DNA of 50,754 nucleotides, filler included, from Sphacelaria rigidula (lineage: Eukaryota): assembly GCA_964200075.2 (NCBI GenBank). It is 3 parts of 3 records of this genome, joined end to end, with 100 filler letters (N's around TTAATTAATTAA, not from the genome) between each part and the next. Parts side by side here need not be neighbours in the genome. Positions count along the whole stretch, not along the records: positions 33,906 to 50,754 come from CAXNAA020001236.1; 2 more parts are not named here. The stretch is one strand, 5' to 3'. A program made the translations under genes and the position numbers. Below the pieces are notes generated by a model, which saw nothing but the letters and a program-made list of their open reading frames with translations, was not told the DNA's origin and did not search any database. This document shows positions 47,701 to 50,754 of this stretch, in pieces; within the stretch, counting starts at the first letter, position 1, and the number at the start of each line of letters is the position of its first letter.

Positions 47701-50570
47701 GTTGGTCGCATACTGTTGTGATGCAGTTCAGCCAGGCGCTTGCCTCAGCGACGACGAGTGGTGCACAGCAGATGCGGTATGCTGACGCACGCATGCGGCG
47801 AGTTTATCAGTATTTAGGGGGTTCCGCGGTTTGTGTTCTACACCTTCTCTGTACGTTATCATCTGCGGGGCTCGTTGCTTTTAAAAAATGGCGTCTTTGA
47901 AGCAGAGAGTGTCCTTATTTTTGGTGCCCTTGAAACGAGGTCGACTGTAAATGCAAATAAAAATGAAGAATGACCCCAGACAAGAGGAGCTTGGGGGGAA
48001 ACCTCGGGGGAGAGGTCTGAGTCTGAGTAAATTTGTTTCGATACTTGCGTATGTCCATGTGTCATGCACTCCCACATGTCACGTTGGGAAAAGCGCCGCT
48101 CCTTGTTTACCTAGCTGCACATGCAAGCCCAAGGTGAAGAGCATGGCTTGTACTGAACCAACAGCATCATGATGACTGCATTATGCTCTTCTCCTGGTCT
48201 GTTGTGTTGATTATATCGGTACCGTCATGTGCACCGTACCGTTGCTGAAGCCTCCGTCCGCTACGACTTGAGCTCGTCCCTCGGGAATACACGGACAGGT
48301 GTCACTCGCCCCGGGGTCGGTCATATGTGGCACCGGAATACTCTTCACTTGAAGATGAATGCAAAACCCAGATGACCCATCCTGGGGGTCGAAGGGTTCA
48401 ACTTCACAGCCGGTTTCAGGAAAAGGTGATCCTCTCCAGAGATTTTAACCCGAAACATGAATATAAGGCACAGATGGCCCATCCTGGCGATCATCAAGTG
48501 TTCATTTTACATCTGGCGGGAGGAAGAGGTGGCCCTTTCCAAAGGAGGAATCTAATGCTTGGTGATACTCATGGACGAAGGGAAGGAATGCAGCGGGGGG
48601 CCGAGAGAAAACAGCGCCATACTGTACGGTACTGCGTTGTCCTGCATTGCCCTGTGCTGTGCGGTGTGCGTCGGCCTCGTCGATCTATAGAGGCAACAGC
48701 CACTCCCAGGGTGGGTCATTTGTGTTGCATTGGCGTAAATATGTCGAACACAAATGCGAGACCCAGACTGCCCACCGGGGCAATCCAAAAAAATATTTTT
48801 GCAACTGGTAGCAGGAAGGGGTGACGCTCTCGAAGGGTTTCGTGTATTGGGATCTTTGGTGAAACCTATAGACAAAGGGGACGAATGCAGCGGGGGCGAG
48901 AGAGAAGACAACACCGTACTGTACTATACAGCATTGTGTTGCGGTACTGTGCATTTTAGTTCGACTTTGTCTCGATCTGTACAGTCACCCCCATGGTGGG
49001 TCATCTGTGTTGCATTGACACAGTGTTGACGTGAAAATGAGTGACGAACAGACTGTTCGGCCGATGCAATGCAGAAGGGGAGGCGTGCATGTCATGGGTG
49101 CAGAAGAGCCTTCTACGCTTCTTTTCCGACCGATCGGAAGAATCACTCTCATCTCATTGACTTGCGCGGTTTTTCCATCAGAAAGATCCGAGACACTTTT
49201 CGAAAAAGATCCCATATGTTTTGGGCCCGATTAGCATCCCCAACAGTGTAACTCGTTGCCGTCTCTGGAAGCGGCGATACCAGAAAATGAAGCAAGTGAT
49301 TCGAGGCTGTCACCCAAACGCAAGATAATCAGTACGGTTCGGACCGAACAATCTTGGCAAGATGCAGCTCACCCTTCATTTGACTCGCCAAACACATCAC
49401 GACGGTTCGCGCTCAGTGATTGATTGCGAGCCTGGTCCGGCGAGAACCCGGCGTGCTCCGTCCCCGCTGTGTAGGGATCCGAGGTCAGGGATAATATAAC
49501 TCCGACATGCAAGATCATGACTACACGAGCACACCTCCTCCCAACCCCCAACGAGGTCAATGGTCTTGTGATACAACATGCACAATCACAAGTGCATCCC
49601 ACTCCCCATCCCACTCGCCAATGATGAGCTTTGCCTAAAAACGAACACATCAATCATGGGTTGCTGTTGGTAAAGTCGCTTGGCCAAAGCATCACTTTTT
49701 GCCTTTTCTCTGTATGGTGAGATGGATGGGCATTGTAACATGTAGATCTCCCCATCCCTATTTTGTCGATTCGGAAATTATCGGGGCACGGTTCCTAAAA
49801 GTACCAGACACGTGCCTGAAGGTAGTCCAGGCAGTACCAGAGGTGCCTTTGCCTTGGCTGTGCGCCACACCGCTCGTGTTGCTGACGCCGCTCCAGTGCT
49901 TCGAGTATTGGAATGAATGTGGTGCTCCTCCGTTTGGTCACAAGGTTACGAACACAACGTTGGCGCCGTCAAAAGGGACTCCGCCCACTTCGTCCAAATC
50001 ATGAAAATTTATACGCACAAGCGTACGAGAGAATCGACTCCATATGTGTCTTTCCCGCAAAATCGTTCATATCTACGAATTATATTTTTTTCTCAAATTG
50101 CAAACAGGAACCACATGTCGCCGTGTGCCCTCCGCCGTGCATACACATGTTACAACACACAGCCGCACCGATAAACTAGCAACGGTGGAAATAAACCTTG
50201 GTCAGGCTAGGCCTACCAGTACAAACGTATCCTTTACCCGCACGCAAGAGTCCACAGTCGGCGCTGCGCCTTACAGAGATCCTTTGATTGAATAGCTCAC
50301 CAAGTATGATAACAGTAATGAAGTAAAACGGATTTGCTGCGTTGCATGGCTTCTAATGTGTACCAGGACAAGCCGCACCGACAAAGGTGTGCACGCCTCC
50401 AAGACGGTGGCGGCGGCCAAGCTCATGTATCCCCAGGAAACGTTTACGGAGGACGGATTCTCGCAGTTCGCCAAGGACACCCTGAATGACCATCTGCCTG
50501 CGGATGTCCGCTGCTTCAGCGTCTGCAAAGTGCCCAAGTCCTTCCGCGGGAGGGACGAATGCACCCTTCG
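35780..50570 (+). CDS. TruA/PUS1-family tRNA pseudouridine synthase, exons 35780(or 35891)-36270 and 50367-50570, 3'-partial
   Basis: Exon 1: KRKVAVVVGYVGTDFHGWQ...TVEGDLETALWKSGAIVDSNYGDLNKIGWG, donor AG|GTGAGT in phase 2. Exon 2 after TACCAG| continues in phase with RTSRTDKGVHAS (catalytic Asp) ... LNDHLPADVRCFSVCKVPKSFRGRDECTLR. The intervening intron is 14,096 bp. Confidence 0.92.
38470..38820 (-). pseudogene. Decayed coding fragment of unknown, probably transposon-borne, protein
   Basis: One frame reads VSDDGKNPLILLDNGDMSPENEPIGMMVPGGFRLQQSRPPALDGSVVKCGVL*RLSMGWFGGLITRKSQERTKELYGHRSHLEEY*SLRSMKLPLDACSTEASAPVGSWV, then a frameshift into LLEP. Protein-like composition with two stops. Confidence 0.45.
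39561..39641. repeat. Short strong hairpin (~34-bp arms, A-rich 12-nt loop)
   Basis: CACGATCTCGGAACGATTT pairs perfectly with AAATCGTTCCGAGATCGTG, with imperfect extension on both sides. Confidence 0.88.
41515..42277. repeat. Long fold-back inverted repeat of the transposase N-terminal half
   Basis: Arms ~41515-41901 and 41913-42277 with an 11-nt loop ACTTCGATTGC. Both strands encode MDESY...GKRII.VH (ORFs 41788+ and 42026-). Confidence 0.93.
42719..43005 (+). repeat. ~290-bp repeat with an inverted partner at ~49243-49522
   Basis: Shared blocks ATCTTGCATG, ATCCCTAC, AGCACGCC, TCGCCGGAC, GGGTGAGCTGCATC, AGCCTCGAAT, GCTTCATTTTC and ATCGCCGCT are colinear with the reverse complement of 49243-49522. 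Confidence 0.8.
45080..45195. repeat. Dispersed repeat shared with ~14885-14990
   Basis: CCGGCTG.TGCGCCCAC..ATACCGAA..GTAGA...CCA.AATA...GACAACAC is present at both sites. Confidence 0.7.
45722..46236. mobile_element. Degenerate TA-flanked MITE
   Basis: Imperfect inverted ends (GGACCGAATTGTTCGTACGGGCCCCTAACCTCACCCGATCCTTT versus the reverse complement of 46171-46218), with TA at both apparent boundaries. Confidence 0.5.
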
Positions 50571-50754
50571 GTGAGTGAAGAAATCTGTTATGCTTCATGT
50601 GCTCCTGTGTGTCACTGGGAGGAAAAACGTCAGGTCCTGGCCAGCAGAGTGACGGACACTTTCTACGATGCCCCCCCCCCCCCCCCCCGCCCCCCCCCCC
50701 GCCGACCCCCCCCGCCTTGCTGCCCGCGCCAGGCCGTCCGGCGACCGCCGCCCC

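Overview
Eukaryotic, intron-rich genomic DNA, most consistent with a brown alga or related stramenopile (inferred from gene content, short exons and long TE-filled introns). The window is three contigs joined by an artificial 100-bp spacer (N44-TTAATTAATTAA-N44) at 16856-16955 and 33806-33905, so adjacency across the joins cannot be trusted. Contig 1 holds the 5' part of REV1 (minus strand, 6 exons) head-to-head with an ankyrin-repeat gene. Contig 2 holds 16 consecutive in-frame exons (716 codons) of an axonemal dynein heavy chain (minus), including two GC-AG introns. Contig 3 holds a small HVA22/REEP-like gene head-to-head with a TruA/PUS1-type pseudouridine synthase, whose 14.1-kb first intron is full of transposon remnants. 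The most unusual structure lies in that intron: a decayed IS630-Tc1-mariner transposase with a very long D-to-E spacing (about DD114E, Sailor-like). Its N-terminal half is folded back into a hairpin with ~370-bp arms and an 11-nt loop, and further inverted repeats lie nearby, making it a candidate host-transcribed hairpin/siRNA transposon-silencing locus. Introns also carry a tRNA-derived SINE, an (AATC)n-tailed retroposon family, and MITEs with TA, TTA and TTAA target duplications. All calls are by eye; no searches were run.
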